The notes under the pieces: generated by a model | Database searches by the model: none | Told to the model about the DNA's origin: nothing | Seen by the model: only the letters and a program-made list of their open reading frames with translations | NCBI GenBank assembly: GCA_903900705.1 | Contig: CAIUOG010000175.1 | Span: 913 to 64,912, forward strand | Source of the DNA: an uncultured Acidobacteriia bacterium | GTDB taxonomy: Bacteria; Acidobacteriota; Terriglobia; Bryobacterales; Bryobacteraceae | Direction: 5' to 3' | Length of the DNA stretch: 64,000 nt | Position numbers and translations under genes: made by a program | Shown here: positions 19,601 to 26,070 of the stretch, in pieces | Position numbering within the stretch: position 1 is the stretch's first letter | Layout of the letters: each line of letters begins with the position of its first letter

Positions 19601-19780
19601 GATGCCGCGCGTTCCGGCGGCTTTGTGAAAGCGCGGCGAGCCGTAGAAGCCATCCACGTCGGTGAGCGCCATGGAGTCAAAGCCGTGGGCCGCGGCGGCG
19701 TCGATATAGTCTTCCGGCACGCAGGCGCCGCGCAGGAAACTGAAGGCGGAGCGGACGTGCAGTTCGACGTAGGGGGACAT
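16670..19780 (-). CDS. dnaE2: error-prone DNA polymerase (DNA polymerase III alpha subunit paralogue, ImuC)
   Basis: 1036 aa. N-terminal PHP domain reads YVELHVRSAFSFLRGA. The size and the lack of the C-terminal tau/beta-binding extension fit DnaE2 rather than DnaE1. Confidence 0.85.
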   Translation of the reverse strand: MSPYVELHVRSAFSFLRGACVPEDYIDAAAAHGFDSMALTDVDGFYGSPRFHKAAGTRGIKAHLGAEITVPDRSRYTLLVRNRTGYQNLCRLVTRMKLRAGTKNPKSGLEPAATPEDFAEFADGLICLTGGDEGPLARGGMQQKTLENLINTFGRENVCVELQRHLHRPEEVRNQAAIELARAFRLPLVATNGVCHATPSQRPIMDVFTCLHNKVTLAQAGRLLSLNSERYLKSGPRMVRLFADLPEAIANTREISSRLEFTLKDLGYQFPDYPLPPGETVSSYLWKLTDAGARWRYQPYHDRARQQIEKELKLIEKLNLGGYFLIVWDIVRFCKEQGILCQGRGSAANSAVCYSLGITAVDPVGMDLLFERFLSEERGEWPDIDIDLPSGEKRERAIQYVYERYGERGAAMTANVITYRGKLAAREAGKVLGFDVSTLDKVSSLSSRWGHSDSAEDSERKFREAGLDPRDHRVRNFINIVTGLQDLPRHLGQHSGGMVICQGSLDRVVPLEPASMPNRVVVQWDKEDCADLGLIKVDLLGLGMMAALEDCLVLIEKHWREKIDLGRIPADDPKVYDVLCKGDTIGMFQVESRAQQATLPRLRPRKFYDLVVEVALIRPGPIVGQMVHPYLNRRAGREPVDPLHPILAPVLERTLGVPLFQEQLLRMAMLAADFSGGEAEELRRAMGFKRSEARMKEIEVKLRAGMARHGIVGETADKIVLSITSFALYGFPESHAASFALLAYASAWFKVHYLAAFTCALLNNQPMGFYSPAVLVKDAQRHGLRVLPVDVNVSGWDCTIEGDRRNLRLGLRYVRGLRAESGLAIVQESPFRDVDDLARRVPSLRKNELEMLAGVGALANLGTAHRRDALWKAGRAGRPTGPLLEELPETVIDAPLDQMTVAERLGADYYGTGLTIGRHPMHFLREAMDAIGVTKAADLAHLRNGRLVKVAGAVVVRQRPGTAKGIVFISLEDETGIFNAVVMPDVFDLFRLTILTEAYLLIDGKIQNVDGVIHVLARSIERVEPLSPVAGSHDFH

Positions 19781-20634
19781 CAGTTGCGCGGGTGCGCGGC
19801 GGCGTCAAAGGCCGCTCGGGCCACCTTCGCGATCACGCTTTCGAGGACGGGGACTTCCGCTGTGGCATCGGAAACGAAGACGGCCAGGGCGAGCGTGCGA
19901 CCGTCAGGAAGCGTGATGAGGCCCACATCGTTCAGCGCGGCGGTGAAGTTGTTCGCAGTGCCGGAAGACCCGGTTTTATGAGCCACCACGGTTCCGGCGG
20001 GCAGCAGGGCTTTGATTCGGTTAGGGCCGGTGGGCGTGTCGGTCATGAATTTCAGAATCAGCGCGCGACTGACGGGAGACAGGCCCTTGCCCTGCTGCAG
20101 CGCGTCAAGCAGTTGCACCATACCGCGCGGCGTGGCCCAGTTGCGGTATTGCGCGGTGTTGTCCTGCGACATGGTCATTTCGGTGGTGGCGATAGCGATT
20201 TCCGTGACGCCCAGGGAGTGGATGAAAGCCTCGACTTTGGCGGGACCTCCGGCGAGGCGCAGAAGGACATCGCAGGCGGTGCCGTCGCTTTCGGATACGG
20301 CGTAGCGGATCACGTCACGCAGGGGCAGAGTGAAATCGCCGGCGGGGTGCTCGTCGCGGATGGGACTGTGCAGAGCGAGGGGAACGAGTTCGGCTTTGCG
20401 AACCAGCACCGGCTGATCCAGCTTGAGAATGCCGCGATCCACATCCCGCAGAATGGCCATGCCGATGGGGAACTTGTAAACACTCTGCATGGGGTAGTGA
20501 CCGGCGGAGTCCAGCGCCGCCACCGGACTTTGGGAACCTGACACCTGCGCCAGGACGCCGACACGGCCGTGGGCGGGCGCGGCGAGGTTCTGAAAGTTTC
20601 CGGAGAACAGAAGGAGGAAAAAAAGCGGAGCCAT
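19780..20634 (-). CDS. class A beta-lactamase-like serine hydrolase
   Basis: SVYK (S-x-x-K) and HKTGSS (KTG) are present, with SDG in place of SDN. The hydrophobic N-terminus is MAPLFFLLLFSG. The stop overlaps the dnaE2 start (TGATG on the minus strand). Confidence 0.75.
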   Translation of the reverse strand: MAPLFFLLLFSGNFQNLAAPAHGRVGVLAQVSGSQSPVAALDSAGHYPMQSVYKFPIGMAILRDVDRGILKLDQPVLVRKAELVPLALHSPIRDEHPAGDFTLPLRDVIRYAVSESDGTACDVLLRLAGGPAKVEAFIHSLGVTEIAIATTEMTMSQDNTAQYRNWATPRGMVQLLDALQQGKGLSPVSRALILKFMTDTPTGPNRIKALLPAGTVVAHKTGSSGTANNFTAALNDVGLITLPDGRTLALAVFVSDATAEVPVLESVIAKVARAAFDAAAHPRN

Positions 20635-20679
20635 ACGCCAGTTTACCAGGGGAAAGGCTGGACTTTGGCTCGCGCCTAC

Positions 20680-20691
20680 GTTAACGTTAAC
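20680..20691. promoter_or_regulatory. perfect 12-bp palindrome GTTAACGTTAAC in a divergent promoter region (candidate operator)
   Basis: Read directly from the sequence. It lies 21 nt upstream of the TonB-receptor GTG and 46 nt upstream of the beta-lactamase-like ATG. It is the only AT-rich element in a 77-bp intergenic region. Confidence 0.35.
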
Positions 20692-20711
20692 CCTATCTCC
20701 AGTGAGGTCCA

Positions 20712-23700
20712 GTGAAATCCCTGTCTACGATTTTCTTCACCCTTGCGGCATTCATGTCCGCCCCTGTGTTTGCGCAACAGTTGACCGGCAATATCAGCGG
20801 CACGGTAACGGATAAGAGCGGCAGCGTCATCAGCGGCGCGAAGGTCCGCATCACGTCGGAATCGACCGGCGTCACGAAAGATGGCAAGACCAACAGCAGC
20901 GGTGAATTTGAGTTCACCACGGTGCAGGCCGGCAACTACCGGCTGGACGCGCAGCATGCGGGCTTTAAGAAGTTCGAACAGCAGGGCATTGAGCTGACGG
21001 CGAACCAGAGCCTGGCGCTGGGCGAGATTAGACTGACGGTCGGCGACGCCAGCACCACGGTCACCGTTCAGGCAGAGCCCGGCGGCCAGGTGCAGACCTC
21101 CAGCGGGGAACGTTCGGGCGTGGTGACTTCCGGCGAGATTCAGAATCTTTCGGTGATTAACCGCGATTTCTCCACGCTGGTGGCGCTGCTGCCCGGTGTG
21201 GTGGACAACCCCGGGACAGCGGAAGTACAGGGCTTTTCGGGTGGCGCATCTTTCAACGTGAACGGCGGGCGCAACAACGGGAACAGCATTACCATCGACG
21301 GCGGCTCCACCGAGAACACGAATGGCGGCAATGGCAATAACTTCGTGAGTCTCGATTCGATTCAGGCCGTGCGTATTGTGACTTCGAACTATCAGGCGGA
21401 GTTCGGGCGCAAGCCCGCGGCCAGCATCATGGCGATTACCAAGGGCGGCGGCCAGAAGTACCATGGCGCGACCTACTGGTATTACCGCCATGAATGGATG
21501 AACGCGAACCAGTTCTTCAACAACCGGCAGGGGCTGCCGCAAACGCCGCGCCGCGTGCAGACGCCGGGCTTCAACATCGGCGGACCCGCATGGATTCCGG
21601 GTATCTTCAACACCGGCAAGAGCAAGTTGTTTTTCTTCAGTTCGCTCGAATTTATCGAGGAGCGTCGTCCACAGGGAATTGTGAACGTGACCGCGCCCAC
21701 GCAGATGGAACGCAACGGGGACTTCTCCCAATCGAAGAACGGACTGACCACGAAGTTCTATATCAAAGATCCGACACTGACCGGGACCTGCGGCTCGGCC
21801 AGCGCCGCCGCCTGTTTTGCCGGGAACATCATTCCACCCAGCCGGATCAACCCGAGCGGACAGGCGCTGCTCAATCTGCTGCCCATGCCGAATGCGCTGA
21901 ATACCGCGGTGACGGCGGGCGCTTATAACTATTCCGCGCAGGAAAGCCTGAATATTCCGAAAATCTCGACCAGCCACCGGATCGACTACATCATCAACGA
22001 CCGCATGAGCCTCTGGTTCAAATACAACTTCTGGCGGGAGGATCAGCAGGGGTGGGCGGTTTCGGCGGGGAATTCCAACTGGGGCTGGCTGCCGAGTCAC
22101 TATCTGAATCAGACCAATGCGCCGGTAGTGTCGTTCACGCGGGTCATCAGTTCCTCCATGGTGCTGGAAGCCTCCGCCCGTGTGACGCGGTGGACGGAGA
22201 ACGGCGCGCCGCTGAGCGATGCGAGAGTGAAGCAACTGAACCGGAGCACGGCGGGCTTCAACGTGCCGCAGTTGTACCCCGGAGGCAATCCGCTGAATCT
22301 GGTGCCCAATGCCACGTTCGGCGGCGTGACGGGGACCATCAGCACGAGTCTGAACGCCCGCTTCCCGTTGCGCGGAGCGGAAACGCCGGGCTTCAGCGAC
22401 CTGACGCTGACGAAGACGAACGGGCAGCACACGATGAAACTCGGGCTTTATTACGAGCGCTGGCGGGCGGTGAAGGGTGAGAGCGGCAAATGGAACGGCA
22501 GCTTCGATTTCACGGTGGACAGCCTGAATCCGAACGACACACAGAATCCGTTTTCGAATGCGCTGCTGGGGGTTTTCAAGAGCTATTCGGAATCGAACAA
22601 CCGCCCCCCGCTCTATGAGAACAGTACTTCCTACGAATGGTATGTGCAGGATAGCTGGAGGGTGAACCGGAAGCTGACGCTCGATATGGGGGCGCGCATG
22701 GGCTGGTCCACGCCGTTCTATAGTCCGCGTCGCCAGGAAGCTGGTTTTGTGCCGTCGACGTGGGATGCTTCGCAGGCTGTGCGGTTTATCTCGCCGGTGA
22801 AAGTGGGGAGCGTGCGGATGGGCAAGGACCCGCTGACGGGACAGTTGTACCCGGCCATCCTGATCGGGGCGATTGCGCCGAACAGCGGCAATCCCTTCGA
22901 TGGCACCGTGAATCTGCTGACGAATTCCAGCTACCCGCATGGCCTGCGGGAAAACAGCGGACTCAAAATCGCTCCCCGGATCGGCTTCGCGTATGATCCA
23001 TTTGGCGATGGCAAAACCGCGATTCGCGGCGGCTTTGGCATTTTCTATGAAATTCACGAAAAAGACCTTTGGGGCTATGCGCTGCATCTGGATCCGCCGA
23101 ACCAGCTGAGCCCCACCATCGACTACGGAACCTTCTCGTCGCTGGGTGCGAGCCAGGGCTATCTGTTTCCCTCCGCCACCTCCGGACTGAGCGCGGACCG
23201 TAAACTCGCGAGGACCATGAGCTACAGCTTCGGCATCCAGCGGCAGTTGCCCGCGGGCGTGCTGCTCGATGTGGCGTATGTAGCCACGCTGGGCCGCCAT
23301 CTGCTGGAAAGGAAAGACCTGAACTCCATTGCGGCGGGAACGACCCTGAACCCGGCAAATCTGGACGCGACGAACAACAACGCGGCGCTGCCGACGCAGT
23401 TCCTGTATCCCTACGCGGGCTATACGAACATTTATTACTACAATTACGACGCCAATTCGAGCTACCACTCCCTGCAGACCACGGCGAACCGGCGAATTAC
23501 CCGCGGGCTTTCCGGAGGCATCTCCTGGACATGGTCGAAGGCCATGGATTACGACGATATCGACACGACCAGCCTGAGCAACCTGGTGAGCCCGAAAATC
23601 CGCGATTATGGCAAGGCCGGGTTCGACCGGACGCATATCCTGAAGGGCACCTGGATTTATTCAATCCCGACTGGCAGCCGTTTCGTGCCGGGGAAGAACT

Positions 23701-24230
23701 GGCTGGTGCGGTCGGCCGCGGTGGGAGCGCTGGATGGCTGGCAGATGTCGGGAATCATGACGCTGATGAGCGGCGCGCCGTTGGGAGTTACGCTGGGGAC
23801 GCAGACGGGGAGCAACACGAACTGGTCCGGCTCGCCGACCGATGCCGCTCGTCCGAACGTAATTTCGGACCCGGTGCTGCCCAAAGATCAGCGGACTTTC
23901 TATCTGAACGTGAACCCGGCGGCCTTCGCATTGCCGGCGCAGGGTTCGCTCGGGAATGCGCCGAAGGACGTCTTTCGCGGACCCGGACGGAATAACTTCG
24001 ATATTTCGCTGTTTAAGAACTTCAGGCTGAACGAGCGGTTCCGGGCGCAATTCCGGGCCGAAGCCTACAACGTGTTCAACCATACGCAGTTCACCTCGGT
24101 CGATACGACGATCCGGTTCGATAACCGGGCCGGAGCCACCTACGGGCAAGTCGTGCCCACCACTTTTGGGCAGTTTACGGCGGCGGGACTGGCAAGGCGG
24201 ATGCAACTGGGGCTGCGGGTGGATTTCTGA
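20712..24230 (+). CDS. TonB-dependent receptor with N-terminal carboxypeptidase-regulatory-like domain
   Basis: 1172 aa. Signal peptide, then GNISGTVTDKSGSVISGAKV (CarboxypepD_reg), a plug region, and a C-terminal beta-barrel ending in RMQLGLRVDF (terminal aromatic). GTG start with GAGG 4 nt upstream. Confidence 0.9.
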   Translation: MKSLSTIFFTLAAFMSAPVFAQQLTGNISGTVTDKSGSVISGAKVRITSESTGVTKDGKTNSSGEFEFTTVQAGNYRLDAQHAGFKKFEQQGIELTANQSLALGEIRLTVGDASTTVTVQAEPGGQVQTSSGERSGVVTSGEIQNLSVINRDFSTLVALLPGVVDNPGTAEVQGFSGGASFNVNGGRNNGNSITIDGGSTENTNGGNGNNFVSLDSIQAVRIVTSNYQAEFGRKPAASIMAITKGGGQKYHGATYWYYRHEWMNANQFFNNRQGLPQTPRRVQTPGFNIGGPAWIPGIFNTGKSKLFFFSSLEFIEERRPQGIVNVTAPTQMERNGDFSQSKNGLTTKFYIKDPTLTGTCGSASAAACFAGNIIPPSRINPSGQALLNLLPMPNALNTAVTAGAYNYSAQESLNIPKISTSHRIDYIINDRMSLWFKYNFWREDQQGWAVSAGNSNWGWLPSHYLNQTNAPVVSFTRVISSSMVLEASARVTRWTENGAPLSDARVKQLNRSTAGFNVPQLYPGGNPLNLVPNATFGGVTGTISTSLNARFPLRGAETPGFSDLTLTKTNGQHTMKLGLYYERWRAVKGESGKWNGSFDFTVDSLNPNDTQNPFSNALLGVFKSYSESNNRPPLYENSTSYEWYVQDSWRVNRKLTLDMGARMGWSTPFYSPRRQEAGFVPSTWDASQAVRFISPVKVGSVRMGKDPLTGQLYPAILIGAIAPNSGNPFDGTVNLLTNSSYPHGLRENSGLKIAPRIGFAYDPFGDGKTAIRGGFGIFYEIHEKDLWGYALHLDPPNQLSPTIDYGTFSSLGASQGYLFPSATSGLSADRKLARTMSYSFGIQRQLPAGVLLDVAYVATLGRHLLERKDLNSIAAGTTLNPANLDATNNNAALPTQFLYPYAGYTNIYYYNYDANSSYHSLQTTANRRITRGLSGGISWTWSKAMDYDDIDTTSLSNLVSPKIRDYGKAGFDRTHILKGTWIYSIPTGSRFVPGKNWLVRSAAVGALDGWQMSGIMTLMSGAPLGVTLGTQTGSNTNWSGSPTDAARPNVISDPVLPKDQRTFYLNVNPAAFALPAQGSLGNAPKDVFRGPGRNNFDISLFKNFRLNERFRAQFRAEAYNVFNHTQFTSVDTTIRFDNRAGATYGQVVPTTFGQFTAAGLARRMQLGLRVDF

Positions 24231-24233
24231 GAT

Positions 24234-24275
24234 AAAAACAAAAAGCCAAAAACAAAAAGCCAAAAACAAAAAGCA
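24234..24275. repeat. A-rich 14-bp tandem repeat (about 3 copies of AAAAACAAAAAGCC)
   Basis: Copies at 24234-24247, 24248-24261 and 24262-24275. The last copy merges into the terminator stem. Confidence 0.9.
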
Positions 24276-24313
24276 ACGAGCTGCCCGTGACCTTCGGCAG
24301 CTCGTTGCTTTTT
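24273..24313. terminator. bidirectional intrinsic terminator between convergent genes
   Basis: Perfect 13-bp stem GCAACGAGCTGCC (24273-24285) / GGCAGCTCGTTGC (24296-24308) with a 10-nt loop. An A-run lies upstream and TTTTT downstream. Confidence 0.85.
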
Positions 24314-24337
24314 CAGATCTTTCCTTTGGAGGCCGGG

Positions 24338-25426
24338 TTAGCGCCGGAATCCACGAAAGCCGCCGTAGTAACCGTATGAAAAGCGCGGACCAACGTAAAC
24401 GGAAAGACCCGGGCCCCAATAATACGGAGAATAAGCGGGGCCGTAATAGTAGGGATCGTACGCCGGGCGATAGACCGGAACCGGAGCGCCGGCGGGCGGC
24501 CCCTGACGGGCGCTGTACCCGCCATGGCCGTAATCACTCTGTTCGGCGTAACGGAAAGCCTGGGGCGCGCGGTAGGTGGCAACGGTGACCGGCGACTGCA
24601 CCTGGAATGTGATCAGAGATTCCGGATAAATCACGCTCGGGCGGCCCCGGGTGAGCAGGACGCCGATAATACCGGCAGCCGCGCCCGCTCCGGCTCCGAT
24701 GGCGGCGCCCCGTCCGTCACCCGCGCCCGCTCCGATGATGGCGCCGAGAGCAGTGGTGGTTCCCACCGCGCCTGCGTCCCGTCCGACCGAAGTCTGACCA
24801 TTGCGCGTCACCATCTGCGATTGCATACCGACCTGCTGACCATCGACGAGCGTCAACCCGATCAGTTCCACGCCGAGCTTTGACGTGCCTTCCACGCGGC
24901 CGGCCTTCTGCGCATCGGTCACGCGGCCACGAACGGTCTGACCACGCTGCGCCACCACAACGCCATCCACCACGATCGGTTCCGCAAGGCTGGCGAAGAA
25001 GGTGTCGCCCTGCTGGTTGCGGTCGGACGAAAGAAGTTGGTTGATTCGAACCGAGACGTAAGTACCCGGACGGATGGTCAGGGTCGCGGGTACGGCGGGT
25101 TGATTTGGATAGGGTTGATTTGGATAGGGTTGATTTGGATACGGTTGATTCGGATAGGGTTGCGTCTGGTAAGCGGGCTGCGCCGGGCTCTGGCCATTAT
25201 TCTGGTTGGCATTGAAGTTGGGCGGCGGGGGCGGCGCCTGATTCTGCGACTGGTCCGGGTAGGTTGGGGCAGCGGTGCTGACGTCGTCCGCGCGACGCCA
25301 CTGGTGCGGCTGATTCTGAGAAGTAGTGTCCTGCGCTGCCGCAAAGCCCGTTACGACAAGCAGGCCGGCAAGAAGATAACGGGAAGTGCGGTTTTTAGAA
25401 GCGAGCATAGAGTATTGAACCGTCAT
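24338..25426 (-). CDS. secreted Pro/Gln/Asn-rich repeat protein with glycine-zipper segment and Tyr/Gly-rich C-terminus (hypothetical)
   Basis: Signal peptide LLAGLLVVTGFAAAQD. (PYPNQ)x4 repeats. A central beta-rich region reads TIRPGTYVSVRINQLLSSDRNQQGDTFFA. Glycine zipper GAIIGAGAGDGRGAAIGAGAGAAAGIIG. An alternative start is at 25408. Confidence 0.65.
   Translation of the reverse strand: MTVQYSMLASKNRTSRYLLAGLLVVTGFAAAQDTTSQNQPHQWRRADDVSTAAPTYPDQSQNQAPPPPPNFNANQNNGQSPAQPAYQTQPYPNQPYPNQPYPNQPYPNQPAVPATLTIRPGTYVSVRINQLLSSDRNQQGDTFFASLAEPIVVDGVVVAQRGQTVRGRVTDAQKAGRVEGTSKLGVELIGLTLVDGQQVGMQSQMVTRNGQTSVGRDAGAVGTTTALGAIIGAGAGDGRGAAIGAGAGAAAGIIGVLLTRGRPSVIYPESLITFQVQSPVTVATYRAPQAFRYAEQSDYGHGGYSARQGPPAGAPVPVYRPAYDPYYYGPAYSPYYWGPGLSVYVGPRFSYGYYGGFRGFRR
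25097..25171 (-). repeat. 15-bp in-frame tandem repeat (4 good copies plus 1 degenerate) encoding PYPNQ units
   Basis: GGGTTGATTTGGATA occurs three times, then CGGTTGATTCGGATA, then GGGTTGCGTCTGGTA. Confidence 0.9.
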
Positions 25427-25440
25427 GCTGCTCTACGTCG

Positions 25441-25456
25441 AGCAACTGACATGCCA
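25441..25456 (-). promoter_or_regulatory. sigma-54 (-24/-12) promoter
   Basis: The minus strand reads TGGCATGTCAGTTGCT. The consensus is TGGCAC-N5-TTGCW. GG and GC are spaced correctly, and the element sits 15 nt upstream of the first ATG of the downstream gene. Confidence 0.55.
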
Positions 25457-25692
25457 AACTTCAAACTGTTGATTCTAATAAGAAAGACACTGACGCACCC
25501 ATGGTCACCCGCCACCAGGGCGGTGGTTTTCAACCAGCGGGGCGGTAATGTGCACCACTTCCGCCACCGGCCGAAACAGAATCACCGGGCGCTGGTTTAT
25601 GCACACGGAATCCACCGCTTGCAGCGGCTAAGTAACTGAAAAAATGAGACTAAAAATCCTGTGGAAAGCCCCGAAAAAGGCTCTGTTTCCGT

Positions 25693-25722
25693 TTGACATC
25701 CCGCTCCCGTGACGGGCATGAT
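25693..25722 (+). promoter_or_regulatory. candidate sigma-70 promoter for the plus-strand non-coding unit
   Basis: Perfect TTGACA at 25693-25698, an 18-nt spacer, then CATGAT at 25717-25722 (3 of 6 matches to TATAAT). Confidence 0.3.
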
Positions 25723-25728
25723 CGTCTC

Positions 25729-26067
25729 AGTTCCAGGGTTTACGGAACGATCTGTCCGGCGGGAAACAGCGGGGTCTTCGGGTCGCGCGGGATTCCGCCA
25801 GTCATTTTCGGAAGGTGCGGGGTTGGGCGCTTGGATCCGGAGGGCTGCTTGCGGCCCGATGGGGAGTGTGGAACCCCGGGCCTTCGGGAGCGCCCCCGTT
25901 TGAGTCCGAAAGGGCCTGACGGGGATGTGGAACGGATGGGGCAGGCCGGGAACGTTGACCCCGCGATGGCATGAGAATGTCGGCGCGGGCGAGCGAAAGG
26001 CCGTTTCAGAAGTTCCGGTGAACGGGGAGCGATCCCCCGGAACGTACCGTAATCCCTGGGCTTTTTT
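25729..26067 (+). ncRNA. candidate structured non-coding RNA of about 340 nt, class unknown
   Basis: There is no credible ORF. The 5' segment 25732-25745 pairs with the 3' segment 26047-26060 (12 Watson-Crick pairs plus 1 GU over 14 positions), followed by C then T6. Internal hairpins are capped by CUUG, GAAA, UUCG and GCGA tetraloops on this strand only. Confidence 0.35.
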
Positions 26068-26070
26068 GTT

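Noticed and set aside
20635-20711. LexA box upstream of the bla-like/dnaE2 operon.
   Set aside because: The intergenic region has no GTTC-N7-GTTC, CTGT-N8-ACAG or GAAC-N4-GTTC motif. Only the GTTAACGTTAAC palindrome is present, and it does not match known LexA consensus sequences.
20676-23636. A 986-aa ORF antisense to the TonB-dependent receptor. Similar long antisense or out-of-frame ORFs occur at 1446-2537, 4888-6321, 10454-11503, 29009-31021, 57252-59150 and 62066-63178.
   Set aside because: The translations are Arg/Gly/Ala/Pro-rich low-complexity strings without motifs. Each is fully shadowed by a gene with clear family signatures on the other strand or frame. This is the expected artefact of high GC content.
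25097-25171. Regular 15-bp repeats as a possible CRISPR or mini-array.
   Set aside because: The repeats are directly adjacent with no spacers, are in frame, and lie inside a CDS encoding PYPNQ units.
25693-25974. 93-aa and 64-aa plus-strand ORFs inside the 644-bp gap.
   Set aside because: They have no RBS, and their composition (Arg/Gly/Pro/Cys-rich) is unlike a protein. The region is better explained as non-coding (see the ncRNA candidate).
25732-26060. The 14-nt terminal inverted repeat interpreted as the ends of a MITE.
   Set aside because: I see no flanking direct repeat or target-site duplication (left flank CAGT, right flank CTTT) and no second copy in this window. It cannot be fully excluded without the whole genome, so it is kept as the alternative hypothesis in the finding.
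25729-26067. Identity of the candidate RNA with RNase P RNA, tmRNA, SRP RNA or 6S RNA.
   Set aside because: I looked on both strands for GGAAAGUCCGG and the P4 blocks. I also looked for a GGGG...UUCGA tmRNA 5' end with a tag ORF and CCA-proximal T-arm, and for the SRP GGAA/AGCA domain IV motif. I found none. This was visual only; a covariance-model scan is still needed.
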